In this document: positions 14,646-27,868 of the stretch, one piece after another
Layout of the letters: every line of letters starts with the position of its first letter
Position numbering within the stretch: position 1 is the first letter of the stretch
Origin: Parasitella parasitica NRRL 2501
Lineage: Eukaryota > Fungi > Mucoromycota
Length of the DNA stretch: 64,000 bases
Reading direction: 5' to 3'
Assembly: GCA_025201805.1 (NCBI GenBank)
Contig: MU619250.1
Location: forward strand, 148,425-212,424
Translations under genes and position numbers: made by a program
The notes under the pieces: generated by a model
Told to the model about the DNA's origin: nothing
What the model saw: the letters and a program-made list of their open reading frames with translations, nothing else
Database searches by the model: none

Positions 14646-15226
14646 ATCTGAAAAACACATTTGTATGTATGACGCTTTTATTGATATTTATTATCATTTG
14701 GAACAAAAAGTTTTGATATATACTTAAATACTGGCAAGAGACTTTTTTGATGAAGATCGAAAGAAAGCCTGTCTTATTCCGTACAATTTTCTAGGCTTCG
14801 TGATTACGATCTTCTAAAAAAAAATTGGGAAGCCATGTAATTGAAGAGTTTCAAGCGCTATCCTTTATTTTTATTTTTTAAGTTTCAGTTCATAAGACAG
14901 ATGTAGCCTCGCTTGAAGATTTTCAACGTCGACAGGTAATTCTCTCGCATGGAGTCTGCATAATTAGGACTCAAGGCAATTAATTGACTTTTTTAAGCAG
15001 CAAAAAAGTAAGTGTGTGCATTATACGGTACTTGACACATCCAAGGGATTGACCAGAATTTAATGCAAACGAGGAATATAATAAAGGATACAGTCTTTGG
15101 GGGGGGTGTTTTGGTTTTTTTTTGGTAGCTAGGCTCACGCACACTCATAATTTCTCAAATTCGTTCAACATTTGATAAGCTGAGAGAGTGCAAGCATGCA
15201 GTATATGTATATATATGTATAAATGA

Positions 15227-18200
15227 TTACCAAGCATCAAACATAAGATGACTTGACTTTACAGGATTGCTTGTAGGTGCATCAGAATCGCTCTTGTTAC
15301 TAGATCCACTAGCATTCAGTAACCCACTGCTTGCCCTCTCTTCTTCCTCTGTCACAGTCGACATGGAGATGTTCTGCAGACGATGCAGCAATGGTGGCGA
15401 AAGTGGAGTAGGCGTTAATTCAAGAAAATGCTCATTGACCCGATTGTTAGTAGCATTAGGAGGCGAAGTAGCGGCAGCAGCAGTCGCAGCAGCAGTAGAA
15501 GAAGAACTGATGCTGTTTTGGTTGCTGAAAACAAGGTTGTTGCCGCCACTGCCATTGTATCTAAAAATGTCGTGCTGTTTACTGGGTGATGGAGAGGAGG
15601 ATGCACCAGAAGACTTGTTGGTAATGAATGAAGGTGAATGAGGAGGTGGGGGCCCTTCAAATTCCAATTCACTCATTTTGAACACAAGCGAGTCGTCGTC
15701 ATCCATCAGTGAACTATTGTTCGCTCTTGTAGGCCCGCTCGAAGCATTTGCATTGTCCTGTATCAGACTATTGTCGCTGCTGTCCATAGTAGGCTGTGAT
15801 TTCTGCGATTGGTATCCTGCAGACCTTCGCTTCTGTTGCTGCTCCTGCTGTTGCTGGTATTGCTGGTGTTGCTGCTGCTGCTGCTGCTGCCCTTCGTCTC
15901 GTGGCATCGGCTGATTATAAGAGATGGGAGTACCTGTTGCCCTGCCACCAGTATGGCCTGTTGTTGCTGCTGTTGCTGTATTTTTCAATATGTTTAAATT
16001 CTGGTTATGGTGACCCTGAGGGTAAGTAGAGAACGCAGACATGTCGTTATTTCCTGATCCATACGACGAAGAAACAGAAGCTTCTCTTCTACCCTGACGT
16101 CGACGAGAATCAAAATCTGGGTCATCATCGTCATCGTCAGTATGCTCTGGATGGTGAGATCCTTCGGCTGGATGAAGCCTTGCCAGACGCAGAGCGTTTT
16201 GTGGGTTTGTCAAGGATCGGAGCTGAGGATAACTACGAGGTATGTGAACAGGCGACGCTGATCTTTGCTCGGCATGCAAAGGAGAAGGTATAATAGGTTG
16301 ATAGGAGCGGCCCGTAGAAGAAGTAGATGAAACAGGTGAAATCCCAGTTACTGGATCATGATGTTGAGATGAAGTCGAGGCACTTCCGGCCCCAACACCA
16401 GCGCTGCTAGCACTAACATTGCCTATCAACATGCTGGATGTTAGAGAATCTGAAAGAGAGTTGTGGGTTTCTCGCAGGCTCTGAAAATGGGACAAGGCAG
16501 CTTTTTTTGTCATAGATGCATTCATCATCATGCTACTACCGCCTCCAGCACTACTCGCACTGTCTGATGCAGAAGACAGCATTTGTGTAGCACTATTACT
16601 ACGCTGCTCTTGAAACAAGTGCAACTCATGATTAGAACCAACTAATCTAACAAAGTCCCTCAAGCCGTCATCATCATCGTCGTGGTCGTCATACTCAGCT
16701 TTCACATTGATTGAGCTATGATCACTAGCACGAGACCATCTTCTCATCATACCTGTACTAGAGGGAGAGTCTGCTGTTGCTGATGCGGTGCGATTCGTCG
16801 GACTCGATTTATATTTATCAAAACTGGATGAAAACTCGATTTTTTTACCAAACGATCCACTATCGACAGGTCGAGATTTCTCTGACGAAACAGTGGAAGA
16901 GAAGTGTCTGGTAGAGCCTCCACTTCCAGCGCCTGAAACTGTTGTTTGACAAAAACGCTTAGGACTCGCTTTATGCAGTTTAGCAATGCAAATACTTACA
17001 GATGGATTCTGCTTGGGGCGACGATGAAAGAAATGGAGACTTGAAAGGAGATACTACAAATGGGGCGGATGCTCGACGATTAGATGATGTATCTCCTGTA
17101 GACTCGGCAGTGTTTCGAGAGCCGCTACTGAAAGGTTTAGACATTGACGAATCCGTTGGGGCGTTTTTCGACATTGTTGTATGTGGAGAAGGTCTAAAAT
17201 TATCATTTGTTGGTGATTGCTTCATAGCCGTTTCCTGTATACGGAAGAAACTGTAAATACTTGGCTGATCTCTTGTTACGTGCTTAAAGCAGGGTACTGT
17301 CCTTACCAGTTTTGACTCCAACGAAGCCCTTGGCGATGATCTAGCAAACATGGACACAGGGCGAGCTGATGTTGCTACAGACGATCTAAAATATTCGTCT
17401 GAATCCTGCTGTCGCTGCTGTTCCTGCCTTTGTTTTTGCTTTTGCTTCTGTTGCTGGTATTTAGCCATTGTAGGAGTGAAGAATTGTTCATCCATGTCTA
17501 TGAACTGAGCACTTAAATCCCGTTCGGAATCTTCAATCCTAAAATCACAGTTCCTTCGATACTTCACATTCAATTTAAAAGTTCTACACATATATGACAT
17601 GTACAGAAACAAAAACAAAAAGAAAAAAGATCAATAAATGTGTTGTTTACATGTAAACAATGTTTTGATGATCTTCTTAATTTACCCAATCGGTGTAACA
17701 ATATCGTTGAATTCGTAAAACTTGGTAGGCTTTCGAGCATCGCTTTCGATGATGGATGTGTCTAGTGGAGAATACGAGTTAATGGATTGGCACTTGTGAT
17801 GTCAAATGTCCCCTATTTACCAAGCGATATTTCTGTCGATTTCCCATGCAATGACGAAGTTGATAATCGATATCCTATAGATAGTGAATTTGTTGAGTCG
17901 TTTGTCTTGTGTAATGCACGAAATAGGTCGTAGCTCGGCAATAATCGACAAAGTGAATGCAACGATCGAAAAAACACAATGGATCTTTTGTAGAGATTTG
18001 GCAAATCGACAGCATATTCAGGAAACGGATGTCTGATGAAGGGGTTGGACGAACAAATCTTTAAAGATGTAGAGAGCACTTACTTTAGACTTAATTCCCA
18101 TGATTCAATCAAGATACGGTCTATATGGTGAGCATCCGCAGTCGTGAGTTCAACACATCCCCACCTTAGATTATCATCTGCCACTACCAGGGATTGATTG

Positions 18201-18668
18201 TGAGAGAGTCTCGATGTATCCAAGTAAATGTCCAATATCATAGGTGGAGGCTCTTTTTCTTCCGTTGATTGAATGGCCATCGTTCTCCAGTATTTCAAAT
18301 CTTCTCGTAGCAATTCGATATCTTCTGTTGCTATATTAAACTTTTCCTTGTGTGAATATTGTGCTAGCAAGCGTCTTTCTTGTTGTGAATTTACCCATTT
18401 GTTCATCTTTTTGTTCGATGAGGATCCTTTTGTATTGGCTGTTTTGCTATATCTTGTATCATTACAAGGAGTACATCGTGCCTGAATAACAATTTGTGCA
18501 GTCTTTGTATAAAAGTTCTACATAGAAATGGTGTTGAGCTGGGCATTGATGAGATTTTTACAGTGGTCGTACCTGAATGATTTGATCTAGTTTTGAATTA
18601 CGCGTACTCGCTGAAGATGTAGATGGGCCGCTTGGCGCAGCAGGTGTTTGTTGCCGATAAGAGGTCAT
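15227..18668 (-). CDS. ATG13: Autophagy-related protein 13 (N-terminal HORMA domain, long disordered tail)
   Basis: KLDQIIQNFYTKTAQIIVQAR, RILIESWEL, LYKRSIVFFRSLHSLCRLLPSY, LNVKYRRNCDF, FSSSF motif, S/Q-rich tail. Confidence 0.92.
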
Positions 18669-19042
18669 TATTCAATAATTCGCATATACAAGTATATACA
18701 GAGCTAGAGAAATTAACAGAGAGATGCAGTTAGATACGCATGGATATGTGATGCTTTGCTATCGTTCCAGTACCTTGATTTACTTCTTAATTCCTTTCTT
18801 TCTCTAATGGAAAGAAGGAAACTTGAGAGAGAAAAAAGGGACATTTATTTTCTGGTAAGAACAACTTTATAAGCAACCCTCACGTGCGAATCAAGAAAAG
18901 ATAGATAAACGGATTTCATGCCTCGAGCTATTCACTAATTGGTTGCTTGAGACTACACAGCGCCCTACTATTTCAAGGCGCCTCCACCCTCGCTTTTCAT
19001 TTTTCCTATTATTATTATTATTTTTTTTTTTTGTAATACACA

Positions 19043-19420
19043 ATGGATAACTCAAGGTTCAACCAAGCCGAACAAGCTCAAATCAATGCGATCGTGGAGC
19101 AGAAGCAAGTAGGATGAATAAAAATACACTCTAAAGCCAATACTCTAACCACTGCCAATAACATGTAGGTGACAGATTTCATGAATCTTTTTACAGGCGT
19201 CGTTGATCGTTGCTTTAGAGAGTGTGCTAATGACTTCACCACCAAAGCAGTTACTGGTAGAGAAGTATGATCACCAGCGGCTCAGTAGGTTAACGCCATC
19301 ATACTTATCGTCATCACTACGTAGGCTGCTTGTGTGCAAAGGTGTGCTGATAGATTTTTAAAACATGCTGAACTTGTGGGAGCAAAATTTGCAGAACTGT
19401 CTCAAACTGTAAGTCTATAA
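19043..19420 (+). CDS. TIM9: Mitochondrial intermembrane-space small Tim chaperone Tim9 (3' end uncertain, near assembly gap)
   Basis: Spliced MDNSRFNQAEQAQINAIVEQKQVTDFMNLFTGVVDRCFRECANDFTTKAVTGREAACVQRCADRFLKH; twin CX3C motif. Missed by the ORF track. Confidence 0.9.
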
Positions 19421-19512
19421 ATGACATTTGCCTTTTTTGAACCCCTTGTCGATTTTCAAAGTTTTGGACCTCTTGATTGATTTAAATGCGTGATCTTTGA
19501 CATCTCACAAAA

Positions 19513-19522
19513 NNNNNNNNNN
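19513..19522. other. Assembly gap (10 N) within a poly-A tract
   Basis: Run of n characters. Confidence 0.99.
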
Positions 19523-19886
19523 AAAAAAAAAAAAAAAAAAAAAAAAGAATGCATATTACAGAGATATTCAATTCAGTTATCGAGATATAAACGAAACATG
19601 AGTAATCGCTGCAAGTATCAATATATATCGTATCAACTCTTTAAATGTGTGGTATTTTTTATCAGATCATCCGATAAAAAAAAACTTGGATTGAGGGGTT
19701 CAGCGACAAAAAGGAACCACAAGTGCGCGCATACTAAATACCTGGTTTTAGATGAATAATCCTTCACCATGATTTTATATTGTAGAGTGATATGTTAGTT
19801 TAAAAAATACAAAGGGGGAAGAAGAAAATAAAAAAGAGAGACGAAAGGGGGGATACTCGTGGCAAATAAAACGATAGATATGATTT

Positions 19887-21315
19887 TTAAAAAATATTCG
19901 AGACCAATGCTGTGAGTGCAACGGCAACAGTTGTGTAAACAATGGGGTTGTTGAAACCAGCAGCTCCACTTTGCGCAACCTTCTTGGCTGCAGGAGCAAC
20001 AGAGGCAGTTGGGTTGGACGTAGTTTGGGCAACATTGGAGGCTGCAGGAGCAACAGCAGAGGAAGCAGCTGGAACTGCAGCATTTCCAGCAGTTTCAAGA
20101 TAGGATCCATTGTTCCAGCCCGCGCACACACCAACAGGGCTCAACTTGACATGAGGATGCAAGATAGGTAAAGCCTTGATAGCAGCACCGACGGTAATCT
20201 TGTTCAAGTCATGCATCAAAGAGTTACCACCTTGCGTTAAGGTAGGAAGGCTGTTGACCCACTGAGTGACATTGCCTAGAAGGCCTGCTTCGGTTTGGCC
20301 GCCTGCAGTGATTCTCCAATCTTGAGAATCAACAGACCACATGGCAGGCGTATAGCCAAGTTGGTTGACAATGTAACGGACACGATCATCAATGTCACCG
20401 CGAGGCTGTTGTTTAGGAAAGAAAAAAAAAAGAAAGGAAAATGTAAGTAAGGGGTTGAACGATAAACATGTAAGCACACTTACAGGACGCATCAAACGAG
20501 GAGTAACTCCAAGAACTTCCTTAATGGCAACTTCGGTCCATTTCAGCTCGCCAATAATCATTTCGTTGGAGATGGTGGTAAGTTCAGCGTGAGTCCTGCA
20601 TAGTAATTAGTATAGGCATCTGCAATGTTTAGCAAGGAATATCTTACCAGGTATGGATGCCGATTTCATGGCCTTGGTCATATGCTTCCTTGAGGATCTC
20701 AGGATAGGTGATAACCTGCTTACCAACGACAAAGAAAGTAACCTTGACATTAATGGTCTTCAAATAAGCCAGCAGTTCACGAGTAATTTCGTATGGTCCG
20801 TCGTCAAAACTCTACACATCAAACTCATCAGAAATAGCTAATTAACAGACATGATTTGATCCTTACGGTTCCCCAGACGGTCTTGTCAGTACAATGGACA
20901 ATATCAGTGGGTTGAACGCAACCATCCCAGGTCCAGTTACAGTGAGTATTTTTACCAGTGGGATCAGCATTTTGAATAACACCATCTAGTTAGGCAAAAA
21001 AAAAAAGTTAGCACTGATCATTCATGTATTTTGCGCAGATTATTTACCAACAGTAAGCACGTTAGGAGTTACTTGCAAGAGAGCATCGTCTTTAATAAGA
21101 GCCAGCCATTCGGGCTTGGGAACAGGCTTCGAAGCGCCAGAAGGATATGCTTCCTTCCAAGCAATCTTTCCGTTAGGAATGGCATAGACAGGCGCAGCTG
21201 AAGCAGTGGTAGCTGGAGAGGCGGCAGCTGCGGGGGGAGCTTGTGCCATAATACCATTGTTTGAAATTACAAGAGCAACAGCAGTTGCAATCAGCATATT
21301 TTTATTAAAGATCAT
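19887..21315 (-). CDS. Secreted, probably GPI-anchored chitin deacetylase (CE4/NodB polysaccharide deacetylase)
   Basis: Signal peptide; SFDDGP; TFFVVG; HTWTH metal motif; RLMRPPRGDIDDRVR; WSVDSQDW; LMHD; A/S/T linker and hydrophobic C-terminus. Confidence 0.92.
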
Positions 21316-21882
21316 GATTATTGTTGCTGTCGTTTTCTAGTCTAAATGAAAGTCTAAACAGTAAAAAGGAAGGTAAAAGGAAGAAAGAGCAAGAAAGTAT
21401 ATAATTTTGTAAAAGAAAGTGGTTTGATTTCTACACAACACCAAAATCCTATTTATAACAGACAAAAAAGATCTCGAACAACGTTTAACATCACAATAGA
21501 GTATTTCAAGGAGGGGTTGAATAGAAACAACGGAAATCACAGAAAGGCAGCAAATACTCTTTGCAATTAATAATTGACTCTAATTTCCTTTTATCGTCGA
21601 TCTTTGTGCCACTGCTATAAATATGACAAATTTTTGGTATCGTGTAATACAAACACTAAGCCCAACCATGCTGTTGTTGTAAATAGATACAGCACGTCAA
21701 TATTACTTTTTTAAACAAAAATAGCAGATAACCACTTGTACTTTCGGTAAGCAGCCAAGTTGAAAACCTACTGGCCAAAAAAAGCTGTTGACAATGTGGT
21801 TTATAAGAAAACACAAGCTGCAGATATAAAACTACCCCTGAATTTATTTTCATAGCGGATCTGACATGTGTACGTGCTCGGG

Positions 21883-23557
21883 TTACCTGAATATAAATTG
21901 AACGCTCCACTGTGGAAGTCCTTCTTCGTTTTGCATATCCTCTGCCAATCCCTCATACAACGTATCCACTGTATGATTTCCTTCTGCATCGGTGTTACCA
22001 TGGTCAGCAGCATTTGAATCCTCCAACTGCTGCGAGCACCCCAATTGCTCATCGAGTTCCTGTGGTGAACATTCTAGCTCAGTGCATATCTCATCATAGT
22101 GGTGCTTTCCATCAAGGAATGGTATAATGTCAGCATGGATAGGCATACCAGTGTACATGTTCACTACCCGATGATATTGTTGTTTTGACGGAAAATTAAA
22201 CTGCTCGTTTTCCGGTGGCGCCGTACTCGTCAAAATTGGGTACTTATGCACTCGATAAATTAATCCTTTGATCACGCCAAATGATATAACTCGTCTAACC
22301 ATTAGAAATATGCTCTATTAGCCGCAGAAAGTACATGTCGATGATAAAACTTCGTGTATACCTTTCATCAACTTGTAGTAGCGCCAACTGCTGTTCTTCC
22401 ATCCAGTCTGTTACTGTTAATCCATACTTTAGTCCACAATAAAGAGCGTATATCCTTTCAATCGAAATTTCTGGTGCGTCTAAAATAAGAAGAATAAGAA
22501 ACCAAGATTTAAAAATAACCAAAACCTACTTGGAAGCGTGATGTATCTTAGACACTCTTGTGCAAGTCCATATTTAGCATCGAATAAACGTGTAATTTCA
22601 GGCTTCACAGCATAAACGTTAGAATACTGAAATATATCTGTCATGATGATACACCCATAATACATCATGTGCTCCATGCTCTGTTTTGTCCATTCTGGCT
22701 TGACATTGGCTAATTCTGCGATCCGTTTGACATGATGCACGCCGTTGATCAGACTAGCTACCTTTTGCACCGTAATGTCCCAGTTAGAGGTCATCATCTT
22801 ATTTACATCGATCATACACACTGGTACATGATAGTTATACACGGTTTGTGGGTTGGGGTATGTTGGGAATAGCTTGAGATTAATTGTATTGAATTCGTCT
22901 GTTGTCAAGTCAATCATCGCTTGTATCTACTCCACAAACACTGCCACTTACTGATTGGTATTTGACACTCGCAATAACTATTTAAATCTTCAAACAGCTG
23001 TTCAATCACATTCTGTACAGTTTGGGATTCTGATCCTACTTCATTGGACAAAAAGTTGCACTCCAACTGATTTATCGTTTAGCATCATTCTCGTGTCTTG
23101 GAGGCATATATATATGTATATATATATACATATGTAGCTTTACCTCGAGTCCTTCCAAAACTCTAGACATTTTCCTCACAACTGCTTCATAGCTGCTAGA
23201 CTCGGCACCTTGTTCAAACACAAAGCATAAATTGAACCGAAATTCATTACGAAAGTGCCGATAACGTTCATGATCGTGCAATACGACAGGGCATCCCATC
23301 ACTTTGTATCCATTGCTGCAAATTGTAACAAGGCGCTTGTACAGTTGTTTCTTGGGAATAATGTATTCACTGATGGCTTCAAAATCGACGAGTGTTTTAC
23401 CGCTCTGTGTGGGGTCAATCGTCAAGGAATCAGATAGTGTGCTGTTTTGTGGCGTAATGCTGCCCTCGGGTACTTGATGCTTTACAACAGTGCCTTTGAT
23501 AATATCAAATACTGCATAAAATATACTATGGATTCGCGGAAACCCCTGGAATTCCAT
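21883..23557 (-). CDS. NPR2: Nitrogen permease regulator 2 (SEACIT/GATOR1 subunit)
   Basis: IFYAVFDIIKGTVVKHQVP, SEYIIPKKQL, RNEFRFNLCFVF, NTINLKLFP, WDITVQKV..LINGVHHV, DIFQYSNVY, DGKHHYDEICTEL. Confidence 0.95.
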
Positions 23558-25172
23558 ATAATGTTAATTGAATGGATGTTTTGATATACTCAACAAAAAG
23601 CTGCATTTTGTTGGAACCTTGACAAAAATATACGCGCTGGGATCTAATGCTCAAAACATCTGATTGAATTCTGCCCTACTGTTCATCGCCAAAATTTCTT
23701 GAGATATTTTTCTTTATCATATTGATTGAACTACAAAAGCTTCTATATAAATAAAAGAAAATCTTGCCATTGTTAATGCTAGCATTGGCATTTTATGTAT
23801 ATCTTGATGATTTAAACAATTTTACAAATAGTAGTAGTAGCGATAATAAAGGAAATGCACAACATGCATATGAAAAACCAATGCTGGTCTGCGAAGGAAA
23901 TATAGCAGTAAACATGCTAGTCGCTCGTTTCCTTACTGTATACATTCTGGGATCTGCCTTCTTTTTGGTACCAGCCCTATTCACAACAATTGCCTTCAAC
24001 ATTGTTTTAACCATCCTTTAGAGGCGAAGCTATCGGTAATCTGCTCAAAGGTCACTAGTGGGCCAGATTCTATACAAGGTGTCGAGGATTTTTGATTCAG
24101 CATCTCAGGTGGTGTATGAAACATTTGGCGGCTCCAGCATATCATTCCTGACATGATGGCTCATTAGCTTTACCAAGTGAACATTTAGGATTCGATTTTG
24201 TGCCGAGGGCTCCTGTAATCCGTTCGATCATAAACAAAGTGTAGCTCGAAGAAAATAGAAATCAGTATCCAAGTTAATATTGTCATCGTCAGTGGCTTCA
24301 AAACATATTGGCTTTCGTTACAAGTTTCATTTCACTACAAATTAATTGTAACTACATACATTTGTGTAAAGGAAATGTTGTTCGTTATATCACTATAGCG
24401 AGATGCAGACTGTTCAAATCTGAAATGGCTTACTTTATTACCAAGACAGAATTACTAGATATTGTCTATAAGTTTAGTCGCTATTGTGAATGGTTATTGA
24501 ACCGCCATTTGTTCCCCACACCACTGTTGATTTGGTAAGAGGTCATTTTCTTTCACCATCATTATGAGATTGTCCTGGTTCCCGCAATTTATTGCCTGAC
24601 GCCCTCAGCAGATTGTTTGATTAAAATGTTGTTGACATTAACACTTTAGAAAGAAAGAGATCGATACAATAATAAAACTGTCATAAGAAAAGAGTCGAAA
24701 TTTGAGAATATGTCGTTTATGAAAACACATGAAGTAAGTAGGGCGCTTAAACCTTCGTCAAGTGACAGGCACCAGTCGTCGTTCTCATTCACCATATACC
24801 GTGATTCAGTTTACTATGAATCGGTTGATGATATTGATATTTATAAAGGCTGAATAGCTGTCTACACATAAAAAGTTGTTTGAGTGAAAATGCAGAGAGA
24901 TAGCAGTGGTTGACGGTTAGAAATGATTGTTTCAAACAAGATGTTACGACACACCCGTATATGACAGTCTATCAATCGCACAAAATCAAACCAAAACATC
25001 AGATTTTTGTGTTTCTTGCTCTGTGCCGTGTGCTGTGTGCATATGAACCATGTTCTTGGCTTTTCTTGGATCAAGGTTGATTCTAAGGGACACACGAGTG
25101 GAACGCGGTTTAAACTGCTTCAAGACTCCAACAAATTTTATCCAAACGTGTTTTCCTTTTTGATCAATCTTC

Positions 25173-26330
25173 ATGAAATCTCAAATTATTGCGTTCACAA
25201 ACAAGCTGGACACTGGTATTGCAGTTAACTAAACAAAGCACGACAAGATAAACTGACATTCACTATGGTAGACGTCAATCATCTGACAGAACTTTACTTG
25301 CCCTGTCCTCGATCTAACAGACGCTCTGTTTATTTTCACAACGACAAAGGCAAATTGTACGAGATACAACAGGTGACAGGGCCTGGCCGTAAAAGCGCTT
25401 GGTTATTAAGGTCAGAGATATATAAGGGTATAGTAAAACGTTGCTGCGAAGGAATATTTCGGCTGACAACTGTTCTTAGACGGTGCAGTGAGATTTATTA
25501 CAGCATTGGATCCTCTTTTTATGGCATTACCTATTCTAGATGAAGCCTGCAAAAAGGGCGACAAGAAATTTAGAACTTTAGATGATATATTCAGCAGAGA
25601 AAACGTCAGATTGGAGATTGTTAGGACGGAAACAATAGAGGATGAAGGGATCATAAGCGATGGACATTCGCATCCCATCGATGTACATCGATTGACCAAC
25701 ATACCTGGGTTTACTCAGCAATTAGCGCATTTATGTGATGTCCAAGGTAGGCTTTGAATGCAGTTCAGCATAAAGCAATCTAAAAGCGAACCTGCATTAG
25801 AGATTGCATCAGGGCTGTCTGTGTATAAATTGAACTATGAAAAAGCCCTTGACTGGCTCGTCAAAAAGGTCAATCAGTTAATCTCCAATGAAAGCTTTAA
25901 AACATCATTCGAATCGACGCAGCAAGAAGCTCTCTTGATAAAGTTGGAAGCTGTGTATACATTATCAAACTATTTAAACAAGGATTGGTTTAGTAGACTT
26001 TTAACAAAACTGGAGTTGGTGTTTAATTTGATAGTCCTTGGGGTTCGCATTAACATTTGCATAATAGAATGGAAGAGGTCAAAGAAGCTGAATTAGACGA
26101 CATCACAAATTATGTTACTGATGCATCGCCCTCTGGCTATTTCAAGAGAACACACTCAGATGAAGCATTCCTCGACTCACCGGCTAAAGTAGGACAAAAA
26201 GCAGTTGGTTGTGACGCACATGCTAATAATCTCTCTCACGTAGAAAAAGAAACCTCAGGTTCCCAGAAGTTTAGCCAAAGTCAACGTCAAGGGCATGAAG
26301 TCAATTACTAGTTTCTTCACGAAAAAATAA
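25173..26330 (+). CDS. RNH202: Ribonuclease H2 subunit B (RNASEH2B/Rnh202)
   Basis: LPCPRSN...LYEIQ...SAWLL...DGAVRFITALDPLFMALPIL; YKLNYEKALDWLVKKV; C-terminal PIP box GMKSITSFF. Confidence 0.88.
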
Positions 26331-26399
26331 GCCAAGTTGTTGGTCAATCCTTATTTTTATTTATTTGTCCTTAACGCTTTGGGTTTTTTGGGATCATCT

Positions 26400-27134
26400 T
26401 TATAATTGTCCACAAGCAATGATTTTAATTTCACCCTGGGGCTTCCCACCAGGACTTCCATAACTCTCAATTTTTTTGACAACATCCATACTAAATAAAA
26501 TTCATTTAGTCGTCTAAAGATGCTATGTGCGCTAGTATATTGACTTACCCCTCTTCGACTTTGCCAAAGACAACGTGTTTACCATCTAAATGGGGAGTAG
26601 GCACAGTGGTAATAAAGAATTGAGAACCATTGGTATTAGGACCAGCATTGGCCATGGATAACAATCCAGGGACAGAGTGTTTGTGTTTGAAGTTTTCATC
26701 TGCAAACCTCTCACCTGTTTGATTTGTCAGTATTCTTTGCAAGAGAAAGAAAAACGCGCACAAAATAGACGTTACCATAGATGGATTTACCACCAGTACC
26801 GTTATGCTTGGTGAAATCGCCACCTTGGAGCATAAACTTAGGGATGACACGATGGAAGCTGCTGTCTTTGTAGCCGAATCCCTCTTCACCGGTACAAAGA
26901 GCACGGAAGTTTTCAGCGGTCTTGGGGACGCTATCCTTATACAATTCAAATACTATGCGCTAAAGAAGATAACAATATAAGGCAAATGCATCTTGTGATC
27001 GCCATGTAGGATACTTACTCCAGCTGGCTCACCGTTAATTGCGACATCAAAGTATGTCTGTAAAGTAAAAGAGGTAAATAACGGGTAGCTGGGATTCTAG
27101 TACGTAAAGGACAGCTTACTTTGGGGTTTGCCAT
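26400..27134 (-). CDS. Single-domain cyclophilin peptidyl-prolyl isomerase (CypA-like)
   Basis: [72 protein letters not shown]; ends ACGQL*. Confidence 0.95.
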
Positions 27135-27468
27135 TTTTGATAATATGTGTTCAGCAAAGACAATAGTTAAAGCAGTTGATCAAACCCTTTATATAACTTT
27201 CAAAAAAAAAAAAAAAAAAATGATGGGTACCCACTGCATTTAGCAATTTAGCTTCGGTTAAAATGAATACAAAACAGTGCTCTCAGTCCTTGGTAGATTA
27301 CGTCTAGATCAAAGCTCACCATATCGTCTTTGCGTGAAACTAATGCTCTATACTCACGAATAAACATTACCTCATTTGGGGGCTTTTAGATTGTTTTTTG
27401 ATGTAACCCGCTATAGTTTATTAGCTTGTCAGCTCTTTCCCATAATATTATTTACTTATTTCAAGGAC

Positions 27469-27860
27469 ATGAAGGACTACACAGCAGAAGAAATGGAGCA
27501 GATACGTTACAAGTTGAATGGTGAATCGCCCATCGATAAGATTAAGAGAAAATCCAGAGAAGAGCCATTCGTACCAGCAGGTATACAACATCTTTGCTAC
27601 TGTATCTGAAAGTGGTGCTTATTATGCACCATCAACACAGGCGTCGCGTTAACCTGTTTTGCTCTTGTTGCAGCGACCGTAGGCATCAAGACTGGAAACA
27701 GAGCCTACGCCAACAACATGTTTCGCCTGAGAGGTAACTAACATGAAATATCAGATGTTTGGCGATGCTAATTTGAAAACATCAAGTTGCTGCGCAGGGC
27801 TTCACTGTGCTGGCAATGGTTGGGGGATCTTTATACTATCAACACGCCCAAAAAAAGTGA
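27469..27860 (+). CDS. RCF1: HIG1-domain respiratory supercomplex factor (Rcf1-like)
   Basis: KIKRKSREEPFVPAGVALTCFALVAATVGIKTGNRAYANNMFRLRVAAQGFTV assembled from 3 exons. Confidence 0.9.
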
Positions 27861-27868
27861 TATTTTAT

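Noticed and set aside
23764-25174. Short ORFs between NPR2 and RNH202, with coding-like patches on the minus strand
   Set aside because: Interrupted by stops and frameshifts with no recognisable family. At most an unidentifiable pseudogene.
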